From an uncultured Christensenellaceae bacterium (GTDB taxonomy: Bacteria > Bacillota > Clostridia > Christensenellales > SZUA-584): DNA of 64,000 bases. The stretch lies in contig CAZDZY010000001.1 of assembly GCA_964510055.1 (NCBI GenBank), positions 15,873-79,872 on the forward strand, in the 5' to 3' direction. Positions 27,788 through 36,374 of the stretch are shown here, in pieces. The position numbers and the translations under genes were made by a program. Numbering within the stretch: the first letter of the stretch is position 1; the number at the start of each line of letters is the position of its first letter. The notes beneath the pieces were generated by a model. The model was not told where the DNA came from, did not search any database, and saw only the letters and a program-made list of their open reading frames with translations.

Positions 27788-28363
27788 ATGCCTGTAAATA
27801 TCATTATACTGATCATTGCAGCTGTGATATGGCTCACGGTTGAAGGGCGCCTGATGCTCCTTGAAAAAGCTCAGGCAAAGGGGACGACAAAGGCTGATCG
27901 TGTGACGAGGCTATTTAACTCCGTCTCGCTCGCACTGGCCCTGTCTTCGGTATGGCCCGCGCTCCTGCTGCCGTCGTTGCGGTTCAGCAGCAACGAGATA
28001 TTGCTTATCACGCTGGCTGGAACTCTGATTATATGCCTCGGATTCGGCCTGAGGCACTGGGCGATTAGCCTCCTCGGCAGGTATTTCAGAACGACGGTCG
28101 AGATCGAGGAAGGGCAGAAAGTCGTTCAGAAAGGGCCTTACAGGTTTATCCGGCATCCGTCCTACAGCGGAATAATACTGTTTTGCATCGGCTACGGCCT
28201 CGTGTCTCAAAACTGGCTTTCGCTTGCGCTTTGCGCCGTTCTGCCCGCCGCCGCTCTCGTCTACAGGATAAGCGTCGAAGAAGAAGAGATGGTAAACGTG
28301 ATCGGAGCCGAGTATAAAGACTACCAGTCAAAAACGAAGAAGCTGATACCCGGCATATGGTAA
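27788..28363 (+). CDS. Isoprenylcysteine carboxyl methyltransferase (ICMT/PEMT-like) family membrane protein
   Basis: Multi-TM protein with the family motif GPYRFIRHPSYSG and the C-terminal EEEEMVNVIGAEYKDY. Confidence 0.75.
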   Translation: MPVNIIILIIAAVIWLTVEGRLMLLEKAQAKGTTKADRVTRLFNSVSLALALSSVWPALLLPSLRFSSNEILLITLAGTLIICLGFGLRHWAISLLGRYFRTTVEIEEGQKVVQKGPYRFIRHPSYSGIILFCIGYGLVSQNWLSLALCAVLPAAALVYRISVEEEEMVNVIGAEYKDYQSKTKKLIPGIW

Positions 28364-28365
28364 TT

Positions 28366-28770
28366 CTATTGCTTGACTGGCCTTGCCATGAACCCGCCCT
28401 GCACCATTTCGAATCCGTACTGCTCATAGAGCCCGTGCGCGTCTTTAGTGCCGAGTATGCCCCGCAGCCCGGCAAGCTCGCCTGAATTCACGACGTATTC
28501 AACAAGGGCTTTTCCTAGGCCGCGCCCGCGGTGCTCCTCGTCTATTATAACGTCACAAAGCCAGTAAATAGTGGCATGGTCCGTGACGGCGCGCGCGAAC
28601 CCGACCTGCTTTCCTTCCTTATACACGCCGAAGCACAGCGAATTCTCTATCGAGCGCCGTATCGCCTCGCGCGGCCTGTCTTTGGCCCAGTAGCTTGACG
28701 ATAATAGTTTGCATACGCAGTCAATGTCGAGCATTGATTTATCGCTGTTTATCTTATACCCGTTTTCCAT
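28366..28770 (-). CDS. GNAT-family N-acetyltransferase
   Basis: Acetyl-CoA motif A: EEHRGRGLGKALVEY. Confidence 0.8.
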   Translation of the reverse strand: MENGYKINSDKSMLDIDCVCKLLSSSYWAKDRPREAIRRSIENSLCFGVYKEGKQVGFARAVTDHATIYWLCDVIIDEEHRGRGLGKALVEYVVNSGELAGLRGILGTKDAHGLYEQYGFEMVQGGFMARPVKQ

Positions 28771-28798
28771 GTCCAGTTATAACTTCCTTGAAATTGTT

Positions 28799-29422
28799 CT
28801 ATATCTTATTAATGTAAGCATAAATACTTCCGCATGTTTCTGTAAGTATCCTTAGATCTTCTTTATAGCCGCCCTTTTCCATGCTGTGGTCTGCGCCCTC
28901 GATAGTTATCAGCTTTATACCTTTGAGTTCTGATATTTCGGTTAAATGTTCATTCTTAAAAACCTTATCCTTTGTGCCGACTGCGACCATGCATTCCGTT
29001 TGCTTTATAACGCTTATGCATTCGGGCAGCGGAGTCAGAAATACATGCCGCTGCGGGTAATCTGAAAACTCATTCTTTAAATACGTTTGTACAAGCGTTC
29101 CGAGACTTTTTCCGATAAACAGTATCTCGTTGTAACGCTTCTCTTTGAGGCATATATCAATTGCCTCTTTTGTCTCTTTAATAAGATGAGCAAATGAATC
29201 TTTATCGGGAACAAACTCCCCGCCGCCTCTTTGAAATCCGTACTCGACGGCCAGAGCGTCGTATCCCGCTTCGAGTGCTATATTGAGCGGATAATAAAGA
29301 AACGGCGCCATATTCGTATACCGCTGCCCCGGCAGTATTACGGCTAATCTTTCGCTGCCTGCAGCTATATATTCATTTTTTGCCGTACCCCAGTAAGACG
29401 ATATCTTAATATATCTTTCCAT
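28799..29422 (-). CDS. Alpha/beta hydrolase-fold protein
   Basis: Nucleophile elbow GKSLG, a late DH (EGADHS) pair, and a size of about 200 aa. Confidence 0.6.
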   Translation of the reverse strand: MERYIKISSYWGTAKNEYIAAGSERLAVILPGQRYTNMAPFLYYPLNIALEAGYDALAVEYGFQRGGGEFVPDKDSFAHLIKETKEAIDICLKEKRYNEILFIGKSLGTLVQTYLKNEFSDYPQRHVFLTPLPECISVIKQTECMVAVGTKDKVFKNEHLTEISELKGIKLITIEGADHSMEKGGYKEDLRILTETCGSIYAYINKI

Positions 29423-29474
29423 TGCAGTCTGTCCTTCCGGCCGTTGGTTTTAAGCGTTACTGCTACTTATAGTA

Positions 29475-30083
29475 TTATTCCTGGTTCTCCTCCTCATTGC
29501 TGCTTTTATAGTTTACAACCGGGTGCGCAGTCTCCCACTCTTCTTTCAGTATGGCGTACTGCTTTACATCCCAGAACCTGCCCTTAACGAACACCCTTTG
29601 CCTCGCAGTGCCCTCATACTTCATGCCGCATTTCTCCATCACTTTCCCCGAATTCTCATTGGGCGCGAAGTGGCAGCTTTCTATGCGGTTCATTCCCATT
29701 TCCTCGAATGCGAACTGAAGTATCCTCCCTGCCGCCTCGGGCATATATCCCCTGCCCCAGCAATCACGCGAGAGCACATAGCCTACTTCCGCGCGCCGGT
29801 TCCTTAAATCGAACCACGGGAACCCTATGGTCCCGATGAGCTTGCCCGTTTCCTTGAGTATTATGCCCCACTCGCCCGCGTCGCCGTTGTCGTAACGCCC
29901 CATAGTAAAACGCAGAAAGTTCTCGCTGTCCGCTACGGAAGAGTGGGTTTCCCACAACAGGTATTTCGTCACTTCCGGGTCCGACGAATACGCGAATATA
30001 TCCTCCGCGTCGGTAAATTTCAGTTTCCGCAGTATCAGCCTCACCGTCCCGAGACGGGGGTTACCGTTAAATATTGAGCTCAT
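29475..30083 (-). CDS. GNAT-family N-acetyltransferase (RimJ/RimL-like)
   Basis: Motifs LRKLKFTDAEDIFAYSSDPEVTKY, EVGYVLSRDCWGRGYMPEAA, N.NSGKVMEKCGM. Confidence 0.8.
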   Translation of the reverse strand: MSSIFNGNPRLGTVRLILRKLKFTDAEDIFAYSSDPEVTKYLLWETHSSVADSENFLRFTMGRYDNGDAGEWGIILKETGKLIGTIGFPWFDLRNRRAEVGYVLSRDCWGRGYMPEAAGRILQFAFEEMGMNRIESCHFAPNENSGKVMEKCGMKYEGTARQRVFVKGRFWDVKQYAILKEEWETAHPVVNYKSSNEEENQE

Positions 30084-30176
30084 ACCGTCTTCCTTCCTTA
30101 TTTATCATAATATCGTATTTTTCCCATACCTCTGCGTGATAGCATCAACGCATCCGCTGCTTCTGTGATAATGCCG

Positions 30177-30866
30177 CTATTTTACCGCCATATATACCGC
30201 GTAATTATAATACTTCCAGATTACATCCACCGATGAAAATCCCGCAGCTTTTAGCATTTCAAAATGCTTCATGAGCGGCGCGGGCCTGTCTTCGTGGTAG
30301 TACTTCTGTACCCATTTGCCCTCCGCCTCTTCCCTGCCTACGTTATTCGACATGAACTCAATCCACTTCTCCATAAACCGCTGTTGGAGCCGGGTTGTCG
30401 AAGCGAGGACCGTATCCGCATTTACGAGGACTCCGCCTTTTTTAAGCCCTGAGTATATCTTCTTATAGAATCCTGACTTATCTTCATCCGTTTCGAGGTG
30501 ATGAAGCGCCAGCGAGGATACCGCTGCGTCGTATTGTTCGGGGAATTCGAAGTTTGAAAAATCAGCTTTTATAAAAACGGTATCCGGCGCATTCCCGAGT
30601 TTTGTCTCCGCCATCTTAAGCATCCCCTCGGCTATGTCGAGGCAGGTAAGCCTGGCTTTCGGGTAAGCGTCTTTTACCGCACCCGCAATAGTCCCTGTGC
30701 CGCAGCCCAAGTCGATCACGCTTATTTCTCCGCCGCGCTCATATGGCAGCGCGTCAACTAAGGCCTCTACCATCTGCGGATAATATGGTATCAGCTTTAT
30801 TATGATTCCGTCAAACTCGCGCGCTTCTTCCTCGAAATGCTGCTTGACGTCTTCCATGCGGCCCAT
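30177..30866 (-). CDS. Class I SAM-dependent methyltransferase
   Basis: Motif I VIDLGCGTG and motif post-I LTCLDIAEGML. GGAGG SD precedes ATG 30866, whereas the ORF-track start at 30908 lacks one. Confidence 0.8.
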   Translation of the reverse strand: MGRMEDVKQHFEEEAREFDGIIIKLIPYYPQMVEALVDALPYERGGEISVIDLGCGTGTIAGAVKDAYPKARLTCLDIAEGMLKMAETKLGNAPDTVFIKADFSNFEFPEQYDAAVSSLALHHLETDEDKSGFYKKIYSGLKKGGVLVNADTVLASTTRLQQRFMEKWIEFMSNNVGREEAEGKWVQKYYHEDRPAPLMKHFEMLKAAGFSSVDVIWKYYNYAVYMAVK

Positions 30867-31023
30867 TTTCTTTGTTCCTCCTATAAAATAAAAACCCGGC
30901 AAAGTCATATGCGACTCCGCGGGTCCCGGCTTAAAAACGCGGTTCTTCTGGCGGCTTTGCCCCTGTGCAGCTCAATGTTTCCCCGGAAAGAGACTTAGCT
31001 CTAATGCACATTCACTTTGTGTT

Positions 31024-31053
31024 ATTATTGCATAAGGTAACAACAAATGTCAA
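31024..31053 (-). promoter_or_regulatory. Sigma-70-type extended -10 promoter upstream of the methyltransferase gene (leader of about 150 nt)
   Basis: On the minus strand: TTGACA (31053..31048), 18 nt including TGc, AATAAT (31029..31024). Confidence 0.45.
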
Positions 31054-31103
31054 GGGCTGAGCGCTACCGGAGGCTGCCGCCCCTGGTACAATTTATATTT
31101 TCT

Positions 31104-31915
31104 TCACGTGCCGCTTTTCACCTGTCCCTCTATCCCGTCCAGATATTCGGCGGCGTATTTCTCCGCTTCCGCGCGCCTTACTGCCGCCCTGGATTGATCT
31201 GCTCTCAGGCCATCGCGCAGTTCCCTGTAGAGCTTTATTATGTTTTTTATCGCTTTTACACAGCTCAGCGCGTCATGGCCGGCTACCGTATGTTTAAGCC
31301 GCGGCAAGTACTGCGGAGCGTCCGATTCTATCCTCCGCACTCCGCGGGGAAGGCAGCCGCTTTTAATCAGCGCCATCGGGCCTGTCACGGTCTGCCGCAG
31401 AAACGATATGGCTTCGATCGTCTCAAAAATCTCATTCCTGCCTATCTTAGATGCGCAGTAATGTATCCATACCCAGAACCTGTCCTCTATCCACTGCATA
31501 TCTGGTATCGGGAATTTCGGCTGCTCAGATTTAAACTTCAGGGATATCTTATTATCTCTTTCCCAGAGTATGACCGGGTCTTCGACCCTATGGGAAATAT
31601 CATCAATGATACGAATTTTAAATCTACATGCAGCAGCGGCAGCCCGTACAGGCATATAAGAAGCCTTGGCTCCCCCACGTGCTCGCCTGTAAAAGAAGAA
31701 AGGAGATTGCCGAGCCTGCCCGCGATTTCCTGCCTTTCTTTTGATACCTGTTCCGTAAATTCCGGGTCCACTGCAATAACGAAATCGATATCCGAAAACT
31801 CGTCCATGCTGCCTGTAATATATGAACCCCCGGCTGCGGCGCCCATTATACGGTCATCCTTCTTAAATATTTCTATCGCGTTATCTATAAACGCCTGGTG
31901 TATTGACGGAACCAT
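31104..31915 (-). pseudogene. Nucleotidyltransferase-domain protein (Lnu/ANT-like drug nucleotidyltransferase architecture) split by a 1-nt frameshift
   Basis: ORF 31538..31915 carries the NTase motif GGSYITGSMDEFSDIDFVI and ends just after LLHVDLKF. ORF 31104..31655, in the -1 frame, continues with RIIDDISHRVEDPVILWERD. The total span is 812 nt, not a multiple of 3. The switch maps to the minus-strand TTTAAAA at 31632..31626. Confidence 0.75.
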
Positions 31916-32042
31916 CCGAAAACTCCTTTGCTCTACTTAAAGCTAAACCGGTCAATATAGAAAAACCCCGCGTGCTTTTACTGCTTAGCGAGGCCTAATC
32001 CACATTTTGCTTATTTATTATTGCATGTGATTTAAGTAAGTG

Positions 32043-33497
32043 TCAAGAGTTCAGGGCTTCCGCTTCCGCGGCCTCTATCTGTTCTTCGCGGTTTTTGATC
32101 ACCGACACCCATTTCACCCTTAATATCAGTATCGTCGTTATCAGGGCGGCTGTATAGTTCGAGAACAGGTTGCCCCAGAATACTGAATAATAGCCTAAGT
32201 ACTGCTCCGTCGCGAGTATGAAGAGGTATCTGAGCAGCCATATGCGAAGTATACTTGCCACGAGCGTGATACGTGTCCTGCCGAGGCCGACGAATGCCCC
32301 GAGCTGCACCATGCATACCCCGAAACCGACAACAGAATAGATGTATATGTGCAGCGACTCATTTGCGACAGACAACACGCCGGGCTCTCGTGTAAACAGC
32401 ACAGTGAGAGCCGGCGACAGCGGCACGATGAGCGCTATCAGTATCACCGCCGAGATTGCGCTTAAAGCGCAGCCGGTCCAGCAGGATGACCGCGCCCTTG
32501 CCGGGTTGCCCGCGCCGACGTTCATGCTCACCATTGTCGTCACAGCCGCTGCGAAACATGAAGGCACGTTGAACGCTATATTCGTTATGCTGCTCGCTAT
32601 GCCCTGGCCGTTGAGGACTGCGGTGCCGTATGCCTCTACCTCGTTGTTGATAAGAAAGAAACCTAAATACAGCATAACGTTGGCAGCCATCGAGGGCAGC
32701 CCTATCCGCACAATGTCTCTTATTACCTTCCAGTCAAACCGGAAACCGGCGAGCTTCAGCCTGTCGCTGCCCTTCTTTACGAAGAGCTCGAAATACATCC
32801 ACACGGTTATTATAAAATTCGCCGCAAGCGACGCCATCGCGGCGCCAGCTATATCCCAATGCAGCACAGTTATAAACAATTCGTTGAATATGATCTTCAA
32901 TAACAGCAGTATTACCATACGTACGAACGTAGCTTCCGGTTTGCCGTTCGAATTCTTTATCGCGTTGTATATAGACTCGAGGAACGAAAACGGTATAACA
33001 AACGTATTGAGGGCGAGATACAGGAAAACAGAATCTGATATCTCGGGGCTCACAAACTTTGATATGGGAAAAGCTACGGCGTAAAGCGCGGGAGCGAGCA
33101 CAACGCCTAAGAGCGACGCGAATATGACGAGCTGCGCCGATATCCTGCGCCCTTCTTCAAGGCTGCCTCTGCCGTTCGCCTGGCCTATGAGCGCCATGCC
33201 GGCTGAGCTTAAACCCTGAGCCAGCCCGACTATAACTCCTATAATAGGCACGCAGTATGTAACCGCGCTCGCGGCTATCGTACCGGCGAAATTGTTTATG
33301 AACAGTGCGTCGATCATTGGTATTGCCGACTGGACGACGCCCATCATCAGCGTCGGCAGCGAAAGCAAAAGTATTGTTTTAGGTATGGAACCGTTTATGA
33401 TAAGTTCGCGTCTTTGCTGTGTGTTTTGTTTTAAGAAGCTAAAATTCATTTGTGTACGACTGACCAGCTTTGTTTGTATTGGCGTTAATGTATACAT
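32043..33497 (-). CDS. MATE-family multidrug/toxin efflux transporter
   Basis: 12-TM profile with the N-terminal motif LSLPTLMMGVVQSAIPMIDALFI. The true start may be Met 33449 (MNFSFLKQ). Confidence 0.8.
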   Translation of the reverse strand: MYTLTPIQTKLVSRTQMNFSFLKQNTQQRRELIINGSIPKTILLLSLPTLMMGVVQSAIPMIDALFINNFAGTIAASAVTYCVPIIGVIVGLAQGLSSAGMALIGQANGRGSLEEGRRISAQLVIFASLLGVVLAPALYAVAFPISKFVSPEISDSVFLYLALNTFVIPFSFLESIYNAIKNSNGKPEATFVRMVILLLLKIIFNELFITVLHWDIAGAAMASLAANFIITVWMYFELFVKKGSDRLKLAGFRFDWKVIRDIVRIGLPSMAANVMLYLGFFLINNEVEAYGTAVLNGQGIASSITNIAFNVPSCFAAAVTTMVSMNVGAGNPARARSSCWTGCALSAISAVILIALIVPLSPALTVLFTREPGVLSVANESLHIYIYSVVGFGVCMVQLGAFVGLGRTRITLVASILRIWLLRYLFILATEQYLGYYSVFWGNLFSNYTAALITTILILRVKWVSVIKNREEQIEAAEAEALNS

Positions 33498-33542
33498 TCA
33501 ACAAACGTTAATTATAGACCCATTGATTATGAGGGTCAAGGA

Positions 33543-33564
33543 AAACCAATTGACCTATTGGTTT
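33543..33564. promoter_or_regulatory. Perfect 8-bp inverted repeat (candidate operator) in the MATE / PAP2 divergent intergenic region
   Basis: AAACCAATtgacctATTGGTTT, about 25 nt upstream of a TATAAT at 33590..33595. Confidence 0.4.
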
Positions 33565-33632
33565 CTTTTGTATACGTTATATACAGGGGTATAATTTTTG
33601 TCCCGAAAATCACAGGTTTTTTATAGCACCGG

Positions 33633-34274
33633 ATGCAAAAGATAATCTATATGAAGAATATAAACGTCTGGCTGCTCATGATACCCGTAATGCTTTTTAT
33701 ACTGCTTTCCGTCTTTATAGCGGCGGGCATTACGTTCGGTTTCGAGAACTGGGCTTATACCGAAATCGCAGAGAAGATGTCCCCCGCCATGACGCAGGCC
33801 ATGAAGCTGCTCACGCACCTGGGCGACCCGTGCGCCGTAACAGCATTTTGCCTGCTGCTCATCGTTATCCCCAAATCAAGACGGACTATCGCCCTTCCCG
33901 TTTCCGCCGCTGTAATACTGTCGTTCCTGCTCAATCTCGTACTCAAGGCTGCGTTTTCGCGCGAGCGCCCCGACGTATTGCGGCTCGTTAATGAATCAAG
34001 CTACAGTTTCCCGAGCGGCCACGCCATGACAAATGCGACGCTGTATACGATGCTATCGCTGCTCTTATTGGAATTTATTAAGCCTATTCCGAAAAAAATC
34101 GCACTAGTCGTTTTATGCGCAGCCTTGGTGGTTACCATAGGTTTTACACGGCTGTACCTCGGCGTTCACTACGCGGGCGATATAATCGGCGGATGGATGA
34201 TCGGTTTTGCGGTATCAGTGTTTGTCTGGTATCTATGGAAAAGAGCGCGCGTTCACGACGCGCCTCCCGGCTGA
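33633..34274 (+). CDS. PAP2-superfamily phosphatase (undecaprenyl-diphosphatase-like membrane protein)
   Basis: Acid-phosphatase motifs KAAFSRERP, SFPSGHAM, LGVHYAGDIIGG. Confidence 0.85.
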   Translation: MQKIIYMKNINVWLLMIPVMLFILLSVFIAAGITFGFENWAYTEIAEKMSPAMTQAMKLLTHLGDPCAVTAFCLLLIVIPKSRRTIALPVSAAVILSFLLNLVLKAAFSRERPDVLRLVNESSYSFPSGHAMTNATLYTMLSLLLLEFIKPIPKKIALVVLCAALVVTIGFTRLYLGVHYAGDIIGGWMIGFAVSVFVWYLWKRARVHDAPPG

Positions 34275-34368
34275 GAAGTTTTAATGGGGATATCATCCTG
34301 TATTTCAATCCCGTCGTAACGTCTTCATTAACAATATTTTTACTATCCATACGCGATAAGTTTACTGT

Positions 34369-35367
34369 TTATGGCTTGCCGTTTTCAGAGCAGGCTTTGG
34401 CCAGATCCAGCATCGTCATGAAACGACAGCCTTTATCAACGCAATATTTTACAAGTTTTTTAAACAGCCGCGAATCAGTCTGCACAGGCCAATCGCCCAT
34501 GTCGTCAACTGATTCCTTATACAAACAGTGGCAGCGGAATACGATTATCGCTTTTTGTTTTATGGCTTTATCCACCAGAGCTTCGTGCTCCTTCAGCCTC
34601 TTCTCCGACCTCATGTCGGCGCTGCAGCAGTCTACCTCATACGGGTCTGCGGTTTTCGGGTCAACGAATTTACATTCGTAAAACGCCTTGCGCATCTGAA
34701 TGCGAAAAGGTTTCATGGCTTCTATCGCTTCCTGATCGTAGAAACCGAACGGAAACGCGTGTATCGCCGGCGACTCCAGCCCCTGGGCTATAAACGATTC
34801 GTTGACTTTGCGCATGCTTGTCTTTATCGCGTCCGCTGTCATTTTTTTAAGATCGGAATGCGCATACGTATGGCAGCCGAAGACCCATCCATACTGTTTC
34901 ATTTCCTTCACCATATCCCAAGTTAGGGCGTTTGCGGTGCCGTTGTCCTGGTATTTGGGGATTATATACGACGTTCCGCGTATGCCGTATTGCCTGAGTA
35001 TCGGGTAAGCGAGCGCGTAATCGGAAATATACCCGTCGTCAAACGTGAATATTATTGTCGCGGTATCGGCAACAGGTCCCGGTATGGGATGTTCCGCCGA
35101 TGCGTTTTGCACCGTTATCTGTATTCCTGCCATTTCGGCGGCAGTGTCTGCAGCGGGAGTATCTTTCGGGGCGGCCGCTTCGAAAACATTTGCCCGGGCC
35201 TCTCCCGCCCGGCTCAAAGGCAACGGCCCTTGTATTTCCGGGGATCCATTATTGTACGGTATGCAGAATAAAATCAATACAAACAAAAAAGTAAAAACAA
35301 CAAACGATCCGCTTTTTCTCTTCATGAGGTTAGTTTTATAAAAACGGTTATGCAATATACGGCTCAA
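34369..35367 (-). CDS. Polysaccharide deacetylase (NodB homology domain), membrane-anchored
   Basis: N-terminal TM helix. NodB motif 1 FTFDDGY and a His motif GCHTYAHSD. Confidence 0.8.
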   Translation of the reverse strand: MSRILHNRFYKTNLMKRKSGSFVVFTFLFVLILFCIPYNNGSPEIQGPLPLSRAGEARANVFEAAAPKDTPAADTAAEMAGIQITVQNASAEHPIPGPVADTATIIFTFDDGYISDYALAYPILRQYGIRGTSYIIPKYQDNGTANALTWDMVKEMKQYGWVFGCHTYAHSDLKKMTADAIKTSMRKVNESFIAQGLESPAIHAFPFGFYDQEAIEAMKPFRIQMRKAFYECKFVDPKTADPYEVDCCSADMRSEKRLKEHEALVDKAIKQKAIIVFRCHCLYKESVDDMGDWPVQTDSRLFKKLVKYCVDKGCRFMTMLDLAKACSENGKP

Positions 35368-35388
35368 ATTATGGCATGCGGCGGAGCG

Positions 35389-35498
35389 TTAACATTTAAT
35401 ATACGGCAGCATAATATATATCGTTAAGACCAATCACCTCTCACATAAGAAAGTGGTTTCTCCGTTCAAACCAGAAAAGCCGCTATACGGCTTTTTTG
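35389..35498 (+). ncRNA. Candidate small RNA: an orphan promoter-terminator unit of about 75 nt
   Basis: TTAACA (35389..35394), 17 nt, TAATAT (35412..35417). About 55 nt downstream lies the hairpin AAAAGCCG-ctata-CGGCTTTTTT (35475..35498). No ORF or SD lies between them. The transcript would contain CACCUCUC. Confidence 0.3.
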
Positions 35499-35619
35499 GT
35501 TTTTGTACTGTTTGCGAAGCACGCCGCGCTGCCATTACACCGCAACGAAAATAGCATTTGCTGCTGTTATAGTTTTAACTAAACTTAAACATTATGAATT
35601 GAGTTTATATATATAATAT

Positions 35620-35648
35620 TGTATAATTATTTTTTATACAATTATACA
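35620..35648 (+). promoter_or_regulatory. 9-bp inverted repeat overlapping a TGTATAAT-type -10 upstream of the ABC transporter genes
   Basis: TGTATAATT-11 nt-AATTATACA, 22 nt upstream of ATG 35670. Confidence 0.4.
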
Positions 35649-35669
35649 GCGATATGACAGGGGATCTTC

Positions 35670-36374
35670 ATGGGCTATTTCGTGAAATTTGAAAACGTAC
35701 ATAAAGTATACCAGACAGGAGACGTAAAGGTAAACGCCCTTTTTGACGCCTCCTTTGAAATACAAAAAGGAGAGATCTGTATAATAGTTGGCCAGTCGGG
35801 CGCCGGAAAGACGACGCTTCTTAATATACTCGGGGGCATGGATACTCTCACAAGCGGAAAGGTATTTCTGGAAAACGACGAGATATCGGCGTACGGCAAA
35901 AAACGCCTCGCGACATACCGCCGCAACGATATCGGCTTTGTGTTCCAGTTTTATAACCTCATACCCAACCTCACGGCGCTTGAAAACGTGGAGATCGCTT
36001 CACAGATAATCAAAAAGCCGCTTCCCGCGGCGAGAATACTAGAAGAGGTAGGCCTCGGCGAGCGGAAAAACAATTTTCCCGCCCAGCTTTCGGGCGGGGA
36101 GCAGCAGCGGGTCGCCATAGCCCGGGCTATAGCCAAGAACCCAAGGCTTTTGCTCTGTGATGAGCCTACCGGCGCGCTCGACGACAATACCGGCAAATCG
36201 ATACTGAAGCTGCTGCAGGAGCAAAGCAGGGCCGGCGGCATGACAGTCATCATTATCACACACAATTCCGCGCTTACCGCGATGGCAGACCGTGTTATAC
36301 AGCTGAAAAGCGGCACGGTCTCCTCAGTCCGAATAAACGAGAGCGTGATCCCCGTTGAGGAGATAGAATGGTAA
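35670..36374 (+). CDS. ABC transporter ATP-binding protein (MacB/LolD/FtsE-like)
   Basis: Walker A GQSGAGKTT, signature LSGGEQQR, Walker B LLLCDEPTGALD. Confidence 0.9.
   Translation: MGYFVKFENVHKVYQTGDVKVNALFDASFEIQKGEICIIVGQSGAGKTTLLNILGGMDTLTSGKVFLENDEISAYGKKRLATYRRNDIGFVFQFYNLIPNLTALENVEIASQIIKKPLPAARILEEVGLGERKNNFPAQLSGGEQQRVAIARAIAKNPRLLLCDEPTGALDDNTGKSILKLLQEQSRAGGMTVIIITHNSALTAMADRVIQLKSGTVSSVRINESVIPVEEIEW

Noticed and set aside
30867-31020. Possible riboswitch in the 150-nt leader of the SAM-methyltransferase gene. The string GCACAGGGGCAAAGCCGCC resembles conserved pieces of c-di-GMP-I (GEMM) aptamers.
   Set aside because: Only one short string matches. I could not fold the two-hairpin tetraloop/receptor architecture, and no SAM, T-box or other aptamer consensus fits. 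There is no convincing terminator/antiterminator pair. An Infernal/Rfam scan would settle it.
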